Source: the human T2T-CHM13v2.0 reference genome, Homo sapiens. From it: a stretch of DNA of 64,000 bases. Below are positions 33,597 to 55,019 of the stretch, piece by piece. The stretch is from assembly GCF_009914755.1 (NCBI RefSeq), contig NC_060934.1; one strand, written 5' to 3'. Both the position numbers and the translations under genes were made by a program. The notes under the pieces were generated by a model. That model did not search any database and had not been told where the DNA came from. It saw nothing but the letters and a program-made list of their open reading frames with translations. Each line of letters begins with the position of its first letter. Within the stretch, counting starts at the first letter, position 1.

Positions 33597-34170
33597 TGTG
33601 CTCCAGTTACTGTGGCTGTGTTGCAAACATTCTCAAAATGTAGCAACTTAAAGCACCTACCCTTTTATTATATCTCAGGATTCTGTAGGTTAGAAATTCA
33701 TGTAGAGTTCAGCTAGGTAATTCCTCTGTAATGTATGCAGTCAACTGAGTCTCTAAGTGGTACTCAACTGGTAGGTGGACTGGTATAGAGGACCAAACTC
33801 GGCTTCACTCATATGTCTGGGGCCTTGGGAGGGATGGCTGGCAGAGTGGGCTTAGCTGGAAATGTCAGCAAATGTACCTATATGTGGCCTCTCCAGCAGG
33901 GAGACTTCAGGGTATTCTAAAATCTTACATGATAGCTGACTTTCCCCAGTAGGTGTGTCAAGAGAACGATTCAGCCTCTGCATGGCCTTGTCTAAAGTAG
34001 CATCAGATGTCACATGGCATCAGTTTTGCCACATTCTTTTGGTTCCAGTTTAACCACATGGCAAATCCGGATTCAAGTGCAAATGGGAAGACCATGGAAG
34101 CACATTTTTGAAGAGCAGGAGGGACAAGAGATATTATTGCTGTCAATTTTGGAAAATATAACCCATCACA
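33597..34170 (-). mobile_element. MaLR LTR (MLT1G/H-like)
   Basis: Termini TGTGCTCCAGTTACTG and TTTGGAAAATATAACCCATCACA. Confidence 0.65.
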
Positions 34171-34285
34171 ATGTGCTAAGAGATTCCTGGCTTTACTTAC
34201 TTACCTGATTAACCTTTTGACTTTGGGTATTTTAATGAATCTTTTTGGGTCTTAATTTTATTATATGCAACCTGAGGGTAAATAA

Positions 34286-34370
34286 CAAGGGCATTTCAGA
34301 GATCAAGTGGGAAATAAACTGGAAGTGTCTAGTGAAGAGCGGGCATATAATAAAACTGCTCCAAAATAAT
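34286..34370 (+). repeat. ~85-bp direct repeat, copy 1 (copy 2 at 38710-38794), flanking THE1
   Basis: CAAGGGCATTTCAGAGAT...GGAAATAAACTGGAAGTGTCTAGTGAAG...TAATAAAACTGCTCCAAAATAAT occurs at both positions. Confidence 0.95.
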
Positions 34371-36162
34371 AGCTAATATTATTAATGTAACAAAAGTCTA
34401 TTCTTATGCTGCTAATAAAGACATACCTGAGACTGGATAATTTATAAAGTAAAGAGGCTTAATGGACTCACAGTTCCACATGGCTAGGGAAGCCTCACAA
34501 TCGTGGAGGAAGTCAAATGAGGAGCAAATTCACATCTTACATGGCAGCAGAAAAGAGAGTGTGTGCAGGGGAGCTCCCATTTATAAAACCATCAGTCGTG
34601 AGACTTATTCATTATTACGAGAAAAGCACAGGAAAGACCTGCTCCCATGATTCAATTAACTCCCACCAGGTCCTCCCATGACATGTGGGAATCATGGGAC
34701 CTACAATTCAAGATGAATGCCTTCCCAACAGTCCCCAAAGTCTTAACTCATTTCAGCATTAACTCAAAAGTCCGCAGTCCAAAGTCTCATCTTAGACAAG
34801 GCAAGTCCTTTCTGCCTGTGAGCCTGTAAAATCAAAAGCAATTTAGTTATTTTCTAGATCCAATATGGGGACAGTTATTGGGTAAATATATCCATTCCAA
34901 ATGGAAGAGATTGGCCCCAATGAAGGGGCTATAAGCCCCATGCAAATCTGAAATCCAGTGGGGCAGTCAAATCTTAAAGTTCCAAAATGAGCTGCTTTGA
35001 CTCCATGTCTCACATCCAGGTCATGCAAGAGGTGGGTTCCCATGGTCTTGGGCAGCTCCACCCCTGTGGCTTTGCAGGGTACAGCCCACTCCCACACCAG
35101 CTGCTTTAACGGGCTGGCATTGAGTGTCTGTGGCTTTTCCAGGTGCATGGTGTAAGCTGTTGGTGGATCTACTATTCTGAGGCCTAAAGGATGGTGGCCC
35201 TCTTCTCATAGCTCCACTAGGCAGTGCCCCAGTGGGGACTCTTTGTGGGGACTTGCACCCCACATTTCCGTTCCTCACTGCTCTAGGAGAGGTTCTCCAT
35301 GAGGGCTTCACCCCTGCAGCACACCTCCTGTGCCTGGACTTCCAGACATTTCCATACATTGTCTGAAATCTAGGTAGAGGTTCCCAAACCTCACTCCTTG
35401 ACTTCTGTGCACTTGCAGTCCTAACATCATGTGTAAGCCACCAAGTCTTGTGGCTCGCACCCTCTGAAGCAATGAATGGCCTGAGCTCTTTGTTGGCCCC
35501 TTTTAGCCATGGCTGGGATGGAGGGCACCAAGTCCCAAGACTGCACAAAGCAGCAAGGCCCTGGGCCTGGCACACAAAACCATTTTTTCCTCCTTGGCCT
35601 CTGGACCTGTGATGGGAGAGGCTGTCATGAAGACCTCTGACATGCCCTGGAGATATTTTCCCCATTGTCTTGCCATTGATTAACATTTGGCTCCTCATTA
35701 ATTATGCAAATATCTGCAGCTGGCTTGAAGTTCTCTTCGGAAAATGGGTTTTTCTTTTCTGTCACATTGTCAGGCTTCAAATTTTCCAAACTTTTTTGCT
35801 CTGCTTCCCCTTTAAACATAAGTTCCTATTCCAAACCATATATTGGTGAATGAATAAAACTGAATTCTTTTAACAGTACCCAAGTCACCTCTTGAATACT
35901 TTGTTGCTTAGAAATTTCTTCTGCCAGATGCTGAAAATCATCTCTCTCAAATTCAAAATTCCACAAATCTCTAGGGCAAGGGCAAAATGCTGCCAGTCTC
36001 TTTGCTAAAACATAGCAAGAGTCACCTTTGATCCAATTCCCAACAAGTTTCTCATCTCGATCTGAGACCACCTCAGGCCGGACTTTAATGTCCATATTAC
36101 TATCAGCATTTTGGTCAAAGACATTCAACAAGTCTCTAGGAAGTTCTAAAATTTCCCACATC

Positions 36163-38214
<2,052 letters not shown>

Positions 38215-38979
38215 TCCCACATCTTTTTTTCTTCTTCTGAGCCTTCCATACTGTTCCAACCTTTGCCTGTTACCCAGTTCTAAAATTGCTTACACATTTT
38301 TGGGTATCTTTAGAGCAGCACCCCACTCTACTGGTACCAATTTACTGTGTTCGTCTGTTCTCATGCTGCTAATAAAGACACACCCGAGAGTGGGTAATTT
38401 ATGAAGAAAGAGAAATTTAATAGACTCACAGTTCTACACGGCTGGGAAGACTCACAATCAATGATGAAGGCAAAGGAGGAACAAAAGCACGTTTTACATG
38501 GTGGCAGGCAAGACAGCATGTGCAGAGGAACTCCCCTTTATAAAACCATCAGATCTCATGAGACTTATTCACCATCACAAGAACAGCACAGGAAAGACCC
38601 ACCCCTGTGATTCGATTACCTCCCACCGGGTCTCTCTCATGACACTTGGGAATTATGGGAGCTACAATTCAAGATGAGATTTGAGTGGGGACACAGCCAA
38701 ATCCTATCACAAGGGCATTTCAGAGATGAAACGGGAAATAAACTGGAAGTGTCTAGTGAAGGGCTGGCGTGTAATAAAACTGCTCCAAAATAATATTAGC
38801 TATTAATATAATGAAAAGAAGAGAGCATCCAGAAACTTTCCCTGAAGAGAGAGACTGACATTTGGATAATTATCACAAGAGGGCACTGGATTAAGTAATC
38901 TGAATTTTTTAACACCAAAAATTAGGAGATATTTACACTTCAGATACATCCTTATTCAATAGTGCCACTTTAATAAAAG

Positions 38980-39190
38980 TTAACATTTATCAGAGCTGAT
39001 TGCTAGGTGCTGTTCTAAATGTTATATATGTATTACATTAATTCCCACAAAATCCCTTTGATGTAAGTACTATTATTATTCTCATTTACAGTTGAAGAAA
39101 CAGGCAAAGAAGGGTAAGGCAATTTGTTGAAGATGCTCTAGACAGCAAGTGGAAGGGCAATGACTTGAACTTAGGTTCCAGAACCCAAGT
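38980..39190. mobile_element. MIR remnant
   Basis: Core TATTATTCTCATTTACAGTTGAAGAAAC. Confidence 0.6.
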
Positions 39191-39367
39191 TCTTTCTCAC
39201 TAGCTTTTACCCGAAAAGGAAAAGATTAATCATTACAAACATAGGACAGGATCATAATGTCTTACAGAATGGAAGCAATACTGGTCGTAGAAGTTAAATT
39301 ACTTGACTGGTAAATAAAGTAACCAAGAACTTGAGAGCCTGTGGCTTTTCCTAATTCTTGTATTAGT

Positions 39368-39665
39368 GGGGGAGAAGTGGGGATGGTTAATGGGTAGAAA
39401 AAAATATAAAAAATGAATAAGACCTACTATTTGATAGCACAATAGGGTGATTTTATAGTCAATAATAATTGTATATTTTAAAATAACTTAAAGAATGTAA
39501 CTGGATTGTTTATAGCTCAAAGGATAAATGCTTGAGGGGATAGACACCCCATCTTCCATGATATGCTTATTTCACATTTCATGCCTGTATCCAAACATCT
39601 TATGTACCCCATAAATATATACACATACTATGTACTCACAAAAATTTAAAAATTTAAACATTTAA
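39368..39665 (+). mobile_element. L1MA (MA1/MA2-like) 3' end
   Basis: GGGATGGTTAATGGGTA...AATAAGACCTACTATTTGATAGCACAA...AAGGATAAATGCTTGAGGGGA. Confidence 0.85.
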
Positions 39666-40171
39666 AAAGGTATGCTATATAACAAAAAGAAACAATTAAT
39701 GCCATCTGTTATGTAGTCTATAATTAATACAGACACAGCCCCTATAGCAAGAACTCAATTAAAAAATGACTGGTGTATATTTTATGGATTTTCTGCATCC
39801 TAAATATGTTTGTTTCTCTTATTATTTGTAAGTCATATTCCTGCTCAGGTTTTCTTATAACTTTTGCTCTCTCCCATATTTCTGGAGTATCTGAGACAAT
39901 GCCTCTCAATTAGGGATGGGAGGATGGTATTTCCTAGGGAGAAAGGGGGTTATATTTACATAGTTTGAAAAAAGCATATTCAATATAATATTTTTGAGTT
40001 ATTCTTGGTAATAAATTTTAATATATCTGTATTTTAAAATATACTGTGTAAACTTTAGATCAAAAACATTCCAAATTTTGTTTTTTTGAAACACTAATTT
40101 GTTTTTTTGAGATGTTAAGAGGCACTTGATGAAAAGCTATACCTGTTCAAATAAGTTTAGAAAATGAACTA

Positions 40172-45646
<5,475 letters not shown>

Positions 45647-46009
45647 TAGAAAATGAACTATAATATACTATTCTTTTAGAAATGCACAGAGGAAATTTGG
45701 CATAATAAAACTGAAAAGACCCATGATAAACTTTGCTTGCCTTAATATTTTCCGGACTTACTTGTACATGTTTTTAAGTGGGAAATCCATAAATGTCCAC
45801 ATACAGCACAACAAGATCTGCTCTGAAGTTCAGGGCTAAGAAGCTGGCTGCTTCTGTTGGTTTAAGATCTGCAACCTTAGCCTGACTTCAGTTAATTTGT
45901 GTTTATATTTTGTCTAGAGTTTATTGTTGCAATCTGTGAAAAGGTTGGTCAACAAGAAGCTATGTCAGCATTCTGAAATGGAATTCGTCCACTTTATTTT
46001 TGATGAATT

Positions 46010-47128
46010 TTTTAAATGATTTCATTGGGGTATTATTGACATTAAAAAAGTTATACATATTTAATGCATATGCCTTGATGATTTTGGAGACAAGAGGACA
46101 CCTATGAAAACATCACCACATCCAATGCCATAAACATATATCCAGAATATCCAAAAGTTTCCTCCCACCCTCTTCATTTTATTTTTGTGATAAGATATTT
46201 TCTGTGCATGATAAAAACACTTAACATGGCCAGGCATGGTGGCTCATGCTTGTAGGATCTCAGCACTTTGGGAGGCCGAGGCAGGCAGATCACCTGAGGT
46301 TGGGAGTTTGAGACCAGCCCGACCAACATGGAGAAACCCCATCTCTACTAAAATTACAAAATTAGCTGGGTGTGGTGGCACACACCTGTAATCTCAGCTA
46401 CTCGGGAGGCTGAGGCAGGAGAACTGTTTGAACTGGGAGGTGGAGGTTGTGGTGAGCTGAGATTGTGCCATTGCCCTCCAGCCTGGGCAACAAGAGTGAA
46501 ACTCCATCTCAAAAACAAAGAAAGAAAGAAACAAAACAAAACACTTAACGTAAGATCTGTCCTCTTAGAAGATTTTTGACTATTGTTAACGATAGCACTA
46601 TGTTGTATAACGATCTACCACGTGCTACTATACTATGTTATATAGTGCAGTAAATCCCATATGGGATAGGAGACATTCAGGATAAGCCGACATTCTTCGC
46701 TTTGGCCAATTAAATGTAGGTGGAATTCCCCCACATCTTGCATAATGGAAACTTTTACCCTTAGTCAATACCTCCCCATTTCCCCCTTCTCTAGCTCCTG
46801 GCAACCACAATTCTACTCTGTAATTCTATGAGTTTGACCATTTTAGATTCCTTATAAAAATGGGATCATGTAGTATTTATATATTCCAAAAATTGAAGTC
46901 AGGATCCTGAAGAGATATCTGCACACCCATGTTCATTGCATTATTATTTTCAATAGCCAAGATGTGAGAAGCAACCCAAATTTTTATTAACAGATGTATG
47001 GATAAAGAAAATGTGATATATACATATAGCAAAATCCTATTCAGCCTTAAAAAAAGGAAGCAAATCCTGTTGTTTATGACAATGTGAAACCTGAAAGACT
47101 CTGCTAAAGTGAAATAAGCCAGACATAA
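46010..47128 (-). mobile_element. Old L1MA 3' fragment with inverted 5' segment (46880-47128 on +)
   Basis: The minus part ends GGGATCATGTAGTATTT; the plus part ends GTGAAATAAGCCAGACATA, i.e. nearly adjacent L1 positions. Confidence 0.7.
46228..46537 (+). mobile_element. AluSp-like
   Basis: GAGGTTGGGAG and ACATGGAGAAACCCC diagnostics; TSD AAAACACTTAAC. Confidence 0.93.
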
Positions 47129-47224
47129 ATGGATGTTTTCATTTGCATCAGCATTCTAGTTTGTCAGTTATTTTTTCTCAGCAGTGGGAAGATGCCATTC
47201 CATTTTCTCCTGGTTTTCATTATT

Positions 47225-47538
<314 letters not shown>

Positions 47539-47777
47539 ATTTTGGTTTGTAAATAGCATTTTTGTGTTACATATGTCTTTAGTAAAGTAAAATTTTACAT
47601 TAAAAAATAAAAACATCTTGCAGGAGATATGATCTTGTCTATTATTGTTCTCAGTTATTCTCGTGCCTTCCCTCTGTTATTCATGTGACATCATGTTTGC
47701 CGACATTCTTTGCCTTGGCCAATCAAATATAGGTGGAATGCACCCATGCTACTTCCATATAAACACTTTACGAGCAG

Positions 47778-47803
47778 GTGTGTGTGTGTGTGTGTGTGTG
47801 TGT
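47778..47803. repeat. (TG)n microsatellite
   Basis: About 12 TG units. Confidence 0.9.
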
Positions 47804-48932
47804 TTAGTTTTCCCACAACAATAATACACACTTAGAATTAAGACATTATATGGAAGACCAAAAAAGGGACATGTAATTTTGGTGAGGAATAATCCTGCAT
47901 TATTGTAAGCCATGGAATTTGGGGTTGTTACCATCGTGTAACTTAATAAAAGGTAAGTGATACAAGGTTCCTGTTATTTTGCTGCCTGGGAATAGTCTAG
48001 AAATATGACCTTTTTATTTTTCACAAATTTTAGTTCCTCTTTAAAAGCAGAAGCTAAATAAATATATTTGATTGAATTAGCAGTTTTTAAAGTGAGTATG
48101 TCATTTTGAATGAGTTTGATTCTTAGGAAGAGAAAACCATCTCCAACTGGCAATAAAGAATGACGGAAGTTCATTGACTCAAGGATCTGGAAAATACAAA
48201 GGTCTTTGAGCCTGGTTTGATACAGTGGCTCATTCAGTTCATCGAGAACTAAGTTTATTTATGTTTCTCCAATTTACCTTTGACAGTGTGGGCTTTATTC
48301 TTATTTTTCCTTTTATAAGTAATGATGCTGCCAGCCATTACCAGAACTATGTTTTCTTGTCGATACTAGGAAGAGATAAGGGTCCTTCTAGAAGCTCTTT
48401 AGAAGAGTAGGTGAACATCTTTCTTAGAAGCCAGAATAAACTTCTCGTATTTTATTGGCAGGAAATGAGTCATCCACACATTTCTGGACCTATAATAGTA
48501 GCCATTAAACTGGACCTCAGACACAGATTGAACCCCTTGAGCCAGGGAGGATTAAGCCACCCCTAAATGAAGTAGGGAAGTGAGTTTGCCCAAAGAAATA
48601 GCAATGAATACTTAGATGTGCTAGGCACAATTGCAGTGCATTAACTATTAATATGACTTTTTCATCGATCTGTGTACATGAACTGTGATACATTGTGTCA
48701 AATGATTTGTATTTCTGATGTTCACTGAATAAACCTGTGCATTTAGAATAACCCAGGAGAAGTAGAAATAAAAGAAGTTATGATCTGGCGAGCACATATC
48801 CCATTGCACATGGTTACTGGATTCATCCCATCTGGTTTTGTGAATTATCTGACCAATTTTTCACGAGATATAACATGGTCAAATATGTCCAATCTTTGCT
48901 GTGTTTCCAGATCTTACTCTCTCATGCTGTCC

Positions 48933-49025
48933 ATATCTATCATCTATGTATGTATGCATGTATGTATGTATGTATGTATGTATCTATCTATCTATCTATC
49001 TATCTATGTATCTATTTGTCTATCT
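48933..49025. repeat. (TATG)n(TATC)n compound tetranucleotide repeat
   Basis: Direct reading of the sequence. Confidence 0.9.
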
Positions 49026-49047
49026 AGATATTTCAATATATCTATAT

Positions 49048-49160
49048 AAGCCCAGTGGTTTGGGAGTCCAAGGTAGGAGGATCTCTTGAGTCCAGGGGTT
49101 CGAGACCAGCCTGGGCAACACAGTGTGTCCCTATCTTTATTAAAAATAAAAAGTAAAATA
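49048..49160 (+). mobile_element. FLAM/Alu left-monomer fragment
   Basis: GGAGGATCTCTTGAGTCCAGGGGTTCGAGACCAGCCTGGGCAACA plus A-rich tail. Confidence 0.8.
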
Positions 49161-49162
49161 AA

Positions 49163-49505
49163 TCTATATTGATATTTAGATAGATAGATGGAGACCTATA
49201 TCTATATCTCTCTAGATATCTATCTCTCTAGATATCTATATATCTGGAGATATCAATACATATATTTCTCTCTATGTAGATTTATAGAGATATCTATATA
49301 TGTTATCTAGATATATCTCTGTATATATTTATATATTGATATTTCTAGATAGCTATATGTCTAGAGAGATATTTTCTCTCTCTAGATAGCCACATATAAG
49401 ATAGATAAGATATATATCATATATATATACAAGAGAGAGTTAAAATATCTATCTGTCCATATGTGTTTTTAAAATCTATCTATCTATATCTTCATTTATC
49501 TAGAG
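49163..49505. repeat. Degenerate TAGA/TCTA/TA low-complexity tract
   Basis: Reiterated TAGATATCTA-type units. Confidence 0.8.
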
Positions 49506-50847
49506 AAAGAGTGAGATTTCAAAGAGTTCAATGCTGAAAATATGTTGAGCTTTGGTATCTGCTTCCTTTCCTTTTTTTAATAAGGATGAAATTTATCTTG
49601 TTTTTCTTGGAAATATCTCCAGGCTTTTCAAGATTAATTTCATAGCATATTAGATTCCTGGAAAAATAGTTGGTCTAACATATAACCTTGAAGTAAATAA
49701 TTTTCACAAGTTTAATGGACACTTTTTGTGTTTTTTTCTTAATTTAAGTATTGCAAAAGTAATATAAATACTTGGGCTTGTCTTAATATTATTTTCCAGT
49801 AACTAGTAATAGGCTTTTGAAGCATATTACCAATTTGACTATGAAAATACATTTTAAAATCTTGATTTTTCTTCTTATCTAATTCACAGACAGAGATGGT
49901 CTAAAGATTTTGTTGAGATACCACTTCAGTTTGAATAATTTGTATTCAATGTGGGGTTTTTTTGGTTGTGCTAGATGACTGATCATTTATCTATCACATG
50001 TCTGGGTTTTTTATGTTTCAAAATAGAATTTTAATGGGCATTAAATCAATTAGAATACATTTGACAATCATTGCAGATTAACTGTATGTGGAGGTCTAAA
50101 CCTTTTTTATTTGGATAAATGTGCACTGATAAATACAGTGCTGAGAACTGCTGAGAAAGTCATTAAAATGAGGGAAAATATTACCATGAAAAATGTTTCA
50201 GTCCATTTTATAAAGTAGGTTCTTTAATGCATGCTAGATTTTGAAAAGTTTCTGTTTGGTAAGTGAATGAATGGATTAGAAGCTAGCAGTTCCTTAGTGA
50301 AAACGCCTACGCAACATTTAAGATACGTCAATCTGTAATTAATATTTCATTTAAAAATAAAATGTGTTGTAAGGGAGTTGCATTTAATTTTCCAGTAACA
50401 ATGCTAGGAACTTCTTCAGTTGGTTGTTTTCTTTTTTTCAGCTCATAGTCAGTTCACAGTGCATCCATCAGAAGGATGCCCAGGGGAAATCAACGGTAGT
50501 GAAACTCAGCTACAGAGCTCAGCAGCGAGGAAACAGGAAGAATACCAGTTAAAGTGTTTGGCTAAACATGAAGTTTTTGAGTGATGCAGTCATATATTTT
50601 TCAGTATTAGTTGGGACTGAAGCCAGGGTGGCCGAAGGAGGCATTTGTCTACAGCAGGGCAATAGGAAGTTACCCTATTGTCTGAAATTCTATTGTTAGA
50701 GTTTTATTCCAGTAATAGTAGTGGGGGAGGGATGTAGTGCATATATCTTAAAGTGTAATGGAAAAAGCAATTGGTTTTCATCATGCAGAACTAAATTTTA
50801 ATCCTAATTGCACCTGTGAGTAGTTTTGTAATCTGTGGGAAAATTCA

Positions 50848-51226
<379 letters not shown>

Positions 51227-51465
51227 TCACATGTGCAAAAATTATTCAGCACCATATCCGCCATATGGTAGGGACTTGGTGAGTGGTTGCGTCCTTGCCT
51301 TCCTTCTGTACATCCTCTACCTTCCTCTATCCCCTTCCACCCCCCACTCAAAGAACTGGCTTGTAATGGGACAACTCTTAAAATTTACAGTGAAACGTGA
51401 AAGATATCTGATTTCTTACACATTACAATGTAGGCATCTCACATTATGAAATGGCTTTAAGAATT

Positions 51466-52107
51466 AGGTGCTGGAGAGGATGTGGAGAAATAGGAACACT
51501 TTTACACTGTGGGTGGGACTGTGAACTAGCTCAACCATTGTGGAAGACAGTGTGGTGATTCCTCAAGGATCTAGAACGAGAAATACCATTTGACCCAGCC
51601 ATCCCATTACTGGGTATATACCCAAAGGAACATAAATCATGCTGCTATAAAGACACATGCACACGTATGTTTACTGTGGCACTATTCACAATAGCAAAGA
51701 CTTGGAACCAACCCAAATGTCCATCAATGATAGACTGGATTAAGAAAATATGGCACATATACACCATGGAATACTATGTAGCCATAAAAAAGGATGAGTT
51801 CATGTCCTTTGTAGGGACATGGATGAAGCTGGAAACCATCATCCTGAGCAAACTATTGCAAGGACAGAAAACCAAACACCGCATATTCTCACTCATAGGT
51901 GGGAATTGAACAATGAGAACACTTGGACGCAGGATGGGGAACATCACACACCAGGGCCTGTTGTGGGGTGGGGGGAGGGGGAAGGGATAGCATTAGGAGA
52001 TATACCTAATGTAAATGATGAGTTAATGGGTGCAGCACACCAACATGGCACATGTATACATATGTAACAAACCTGCACATTGTGCACATGTATCCTAGAA
52101 CTTAAAG

Positions 52108-52150
<43 letters not shown>
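51466..52150 (+). mobile_element. 5'-truncated L1PA (PA4/5-like) 3' fragment with (AAT)n tail
   Basis: TSD AAGAATTAGG; ORF2 C-terminus ...HRIFSLIGGN; tail of about 14 AAT units. Confidence 0.95.
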
Positions 52151-52152
<2 letters not shown>

Positions 52153-53364
52153 GAATTAGGGAAATTATTGTACCCAAAACCCTGGCATGCTATAGGGGGA
52201 AGAAGCACTTTGGAATCAGAGACATCAGAATATCAATAGTTTCAGAGTCCTGGGAAAACTATTTGTCTTCTTTGAGTTCTGGTTTCTTTTTAGTGAAGTG
52301 GTGTGAGGAGAGGTGTGTAAATGTATACACTGCAGACCTCTGCACTTAATAGGATATCACAAGATTTTGCATCTTGGGGACCCATTATCACAAATAAAGG
52401 AGAACTGTGTCAAACTTTAGTTCAGTAGCTGTCAGCTGAAATAATTAGAGTTGGCTGTGTGCAAATCTTGCTTGGCATATCCCTAAGCTACAGCTGTCAT
52501 TGATAATTGTTTAACAGCCCATTTAGCATGGTGGTAAGTTGTTGCTTTCAGACGACTTGTATATTTGGGAAGAGACTTCAAATCATTTCAGTGAGCATAC
52601 CTGCATTTCAATTAATTTAAAAGTTGTCTCAAGCACTTTGATGACCTTGGGTTTAAATGTTTATTCTAAATATTTGATATAACCTGCTCTCTCTTTTTGA
52701 GAAAAATTGTGTATGGGATATCATGAATCATCTTAACAGTCAAAATACACGGTGGCTATTGTATTACATGTTCGGTCAGGAAAGCAGTAAGAGTTTATTG
52801 CTGCACTTCAAGTATCTAATGTTCAACATAACCATTAAATTAGCTTCAAGTGATTTAAATTCAGAATATATGGAATATGATTGGCAATGCTTAAAAAACT
52901 TGGCTGCTGCCAGCAACGGATATATAAATTTAGCAGTGGGGACTAAGTTTGGGGATTACAGGTGAGGTAGTTAAAATGTGAATATAGAAAGGGTTTTAGT
53001 GACGGCTGTGAAATTAGCTTTGGCTATGATGTGGGTGTTCAGGGACAGGGCTGTTCTAGAGCCTGTATTGGACTTAATACCTTCTTCTCCTCCTAATAGC
53101 TAAGTTTTCAATATCTCTCATGAATAATTATTCCTAGGAGAATAAACCTGTGGCAAATACTACAGACTTGCTGCAAACTTTTCATGATTATGCCCATTTT
53201 AATCTTAGACTTACTGTTTGAAGTTTCTGAAGTAGAAGCATAGATCTTTTAAATTAAAGTAGGTTTTCATTGCTGCCCTGATAGAACCTGCTTTTTAGAT
53301 TCAGTTTAGGGGCAACCAATGAAGATTTTCCTGTCCATCCCGTCCCGATCATTTAGGTACAGAG

Positions 53365-53513
53365 CCATGATTCTCAAACCGCAAGTGCATCAGCATCCTC
53401 TCGAGGGCTTGTTAAAACAGAATCGGCGGGGAGGTGTAGAAATGTGTATTTCTGTAGAGCTTCCAGGTGAGGGTGATGCTGCTGGTACAGGGATCACACT
53501 TCGAGAACTGCTG
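53365..53513. mobile_element. MER5A-like hAT MITE
   Basis: GATTCTCAAAC...GCTTGTTAAAACAG...CCAGGTGA...CACACTTCGAGAACTGCTG. Confidence 0.7.
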
Positions 53514-54042
53514 CTGTGCTACGGAGGAAGTGATTCAGATGGTTTCCATTATGTGACATGTACTATAACTCCTAACTCAAGTGGCTTAAACTAAAAAAAA
53601 TTATCTCACATAATAAATCCAGAAGTAGTAAGTCTCAGAGTTGGTTCAGTGGCACAGTAGGTGCCACTCTTTCTACTTTTTGTGACGTCCTCACTGTGTT
53701 GGTTATGACTTCTTCATATCCCTGGATATGGCATCTACATATCACTGGATGACTGCAGCAGCTCCAAGCATTAGGTACCAACACAACAGCGTTCAGAAGC
53801 AGACAAATGGAAGGATAGGAGATCTTTTTGATCTCTACTGGCCGAACACTCTTAGACAAAAAGGAAGAAGGGAAAGGATTGGAATGATGCTGACGGGTAA
53901 CCAACAACCATCAGAGGCAACCTTGTCAATAATGTTAGAAAAAGGTCCTCTGGCTTTTGTTTTCCACAAGGTTCCACAGCACAAAGGCATTGATTGCTTA
54001 TGTTTTCCCTCCCTCCCTTCCTTCCTTTCTTCCTTCCCTCCC

Positions 54043-54579
54043 TGTATTAGGGTTCTCTAGAGGGACAGAAATAATAGGATAGATATATATATGAAGGAGA
54101 GTTTATTAGGAGAATTGACTCACGTGATCACAAGGTAAAGTCCCACGATAGGCTGTCTGCAAGCTGAGGAGCAAGGAAGCCAGTCCAAGTCCCAAAACTT
54201 CAAAGTGAGGAAGCCGACAGTGCAGCCTTTAGTCTGTGGACAAAGGCCTGAGAGCCCCAGGGCAAACCGCTGGTATAAACTCAAGAGTCCAAAAGCTGAA
54301 GAACTTGGAGTCTGATGTTTGAGGGCTGGAGGCATCCAGCGTGGGAGAAAGATGAAGACCAGAAGACTCAATCAAGTCCTTCCAACTTCTGCCCACTTTA
54401 TTCTAACTGTGCTGACAGCTGATTAGATAGTGCCTACCCAAATTGAGCATGGGTCTGCCTCTTCCCATCCACTGACTCAAATGCTTATCTCCTTTGGCAA
54501 CACCTTCACAGACACACCCAGGAACAATACTTTGCATCCTTCAATCCAATCAAGTTGACACTCAGTATTAACCATCTCA
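54043..54579 (-). mobile_element. MLT2A solo LTR (ERVL)
   Basis: TGTATTAGGGTTCTCTAGAGGGACAGAA...CAAGTTGACACTCAGTATTAACCATCTCA. Confidence 0.92.
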
Positions 54580-55019
54580 CCCCCTCTGCTCCCCTCCCTT
54601 CCCCTTCCTCCCCCCTCCCCTCCCCACTCTCCCTCCCTCCCCTTCTTCCTCTCCATAATGTACTCTTGTTTCCACCACCTCTTAATACTAACTGCTTTCA
54701 TCTAACTTCCTTCTTCCCACCCACTAGGAATTTTAAATTACATTTGAGACAGTAAATAATTGCAGTTCCGATTTTGAGAGTCACATGCCTTTTCCTTGCT
54801 TCCTATGGAGCAGAGCTGGATTTCCTTTCTCCTTCCTGTCATCCTAAATTCACCTCTTTACCCTTATGGGGAAGAAGCTTTCAGACAAGATATAATAAAA
54901 TCTTAGTTTGCCTTGCAGAGTTTAACTCTCAAAAACTGGAAAGCCCCAAAGTTTGCCAGATCAGATGTTGAGTCTATAGGGGTACCAGTGTTTAGAACTC
55001 CGAGGATTTCACTCTGCCC

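Noticed and set aside
35021-35698. 225-aa minus-strand ORF
   Set aside because: Lies within THE1-int; a remnant of the MaLR internal sequence.
49163-49505. Palindrome-rich TAGATATCTA tract as structured RNA
   Set aside because: Self-complementarity is inherent to TA/TAGA low-complexity sequence.
50425-50555. Strong-looking splice acceptor (TTTTCTTTTTTTCAG) and a possible exon
   Set aside because: No convincing donor or coding signal; it cannot be supported without transcript data.
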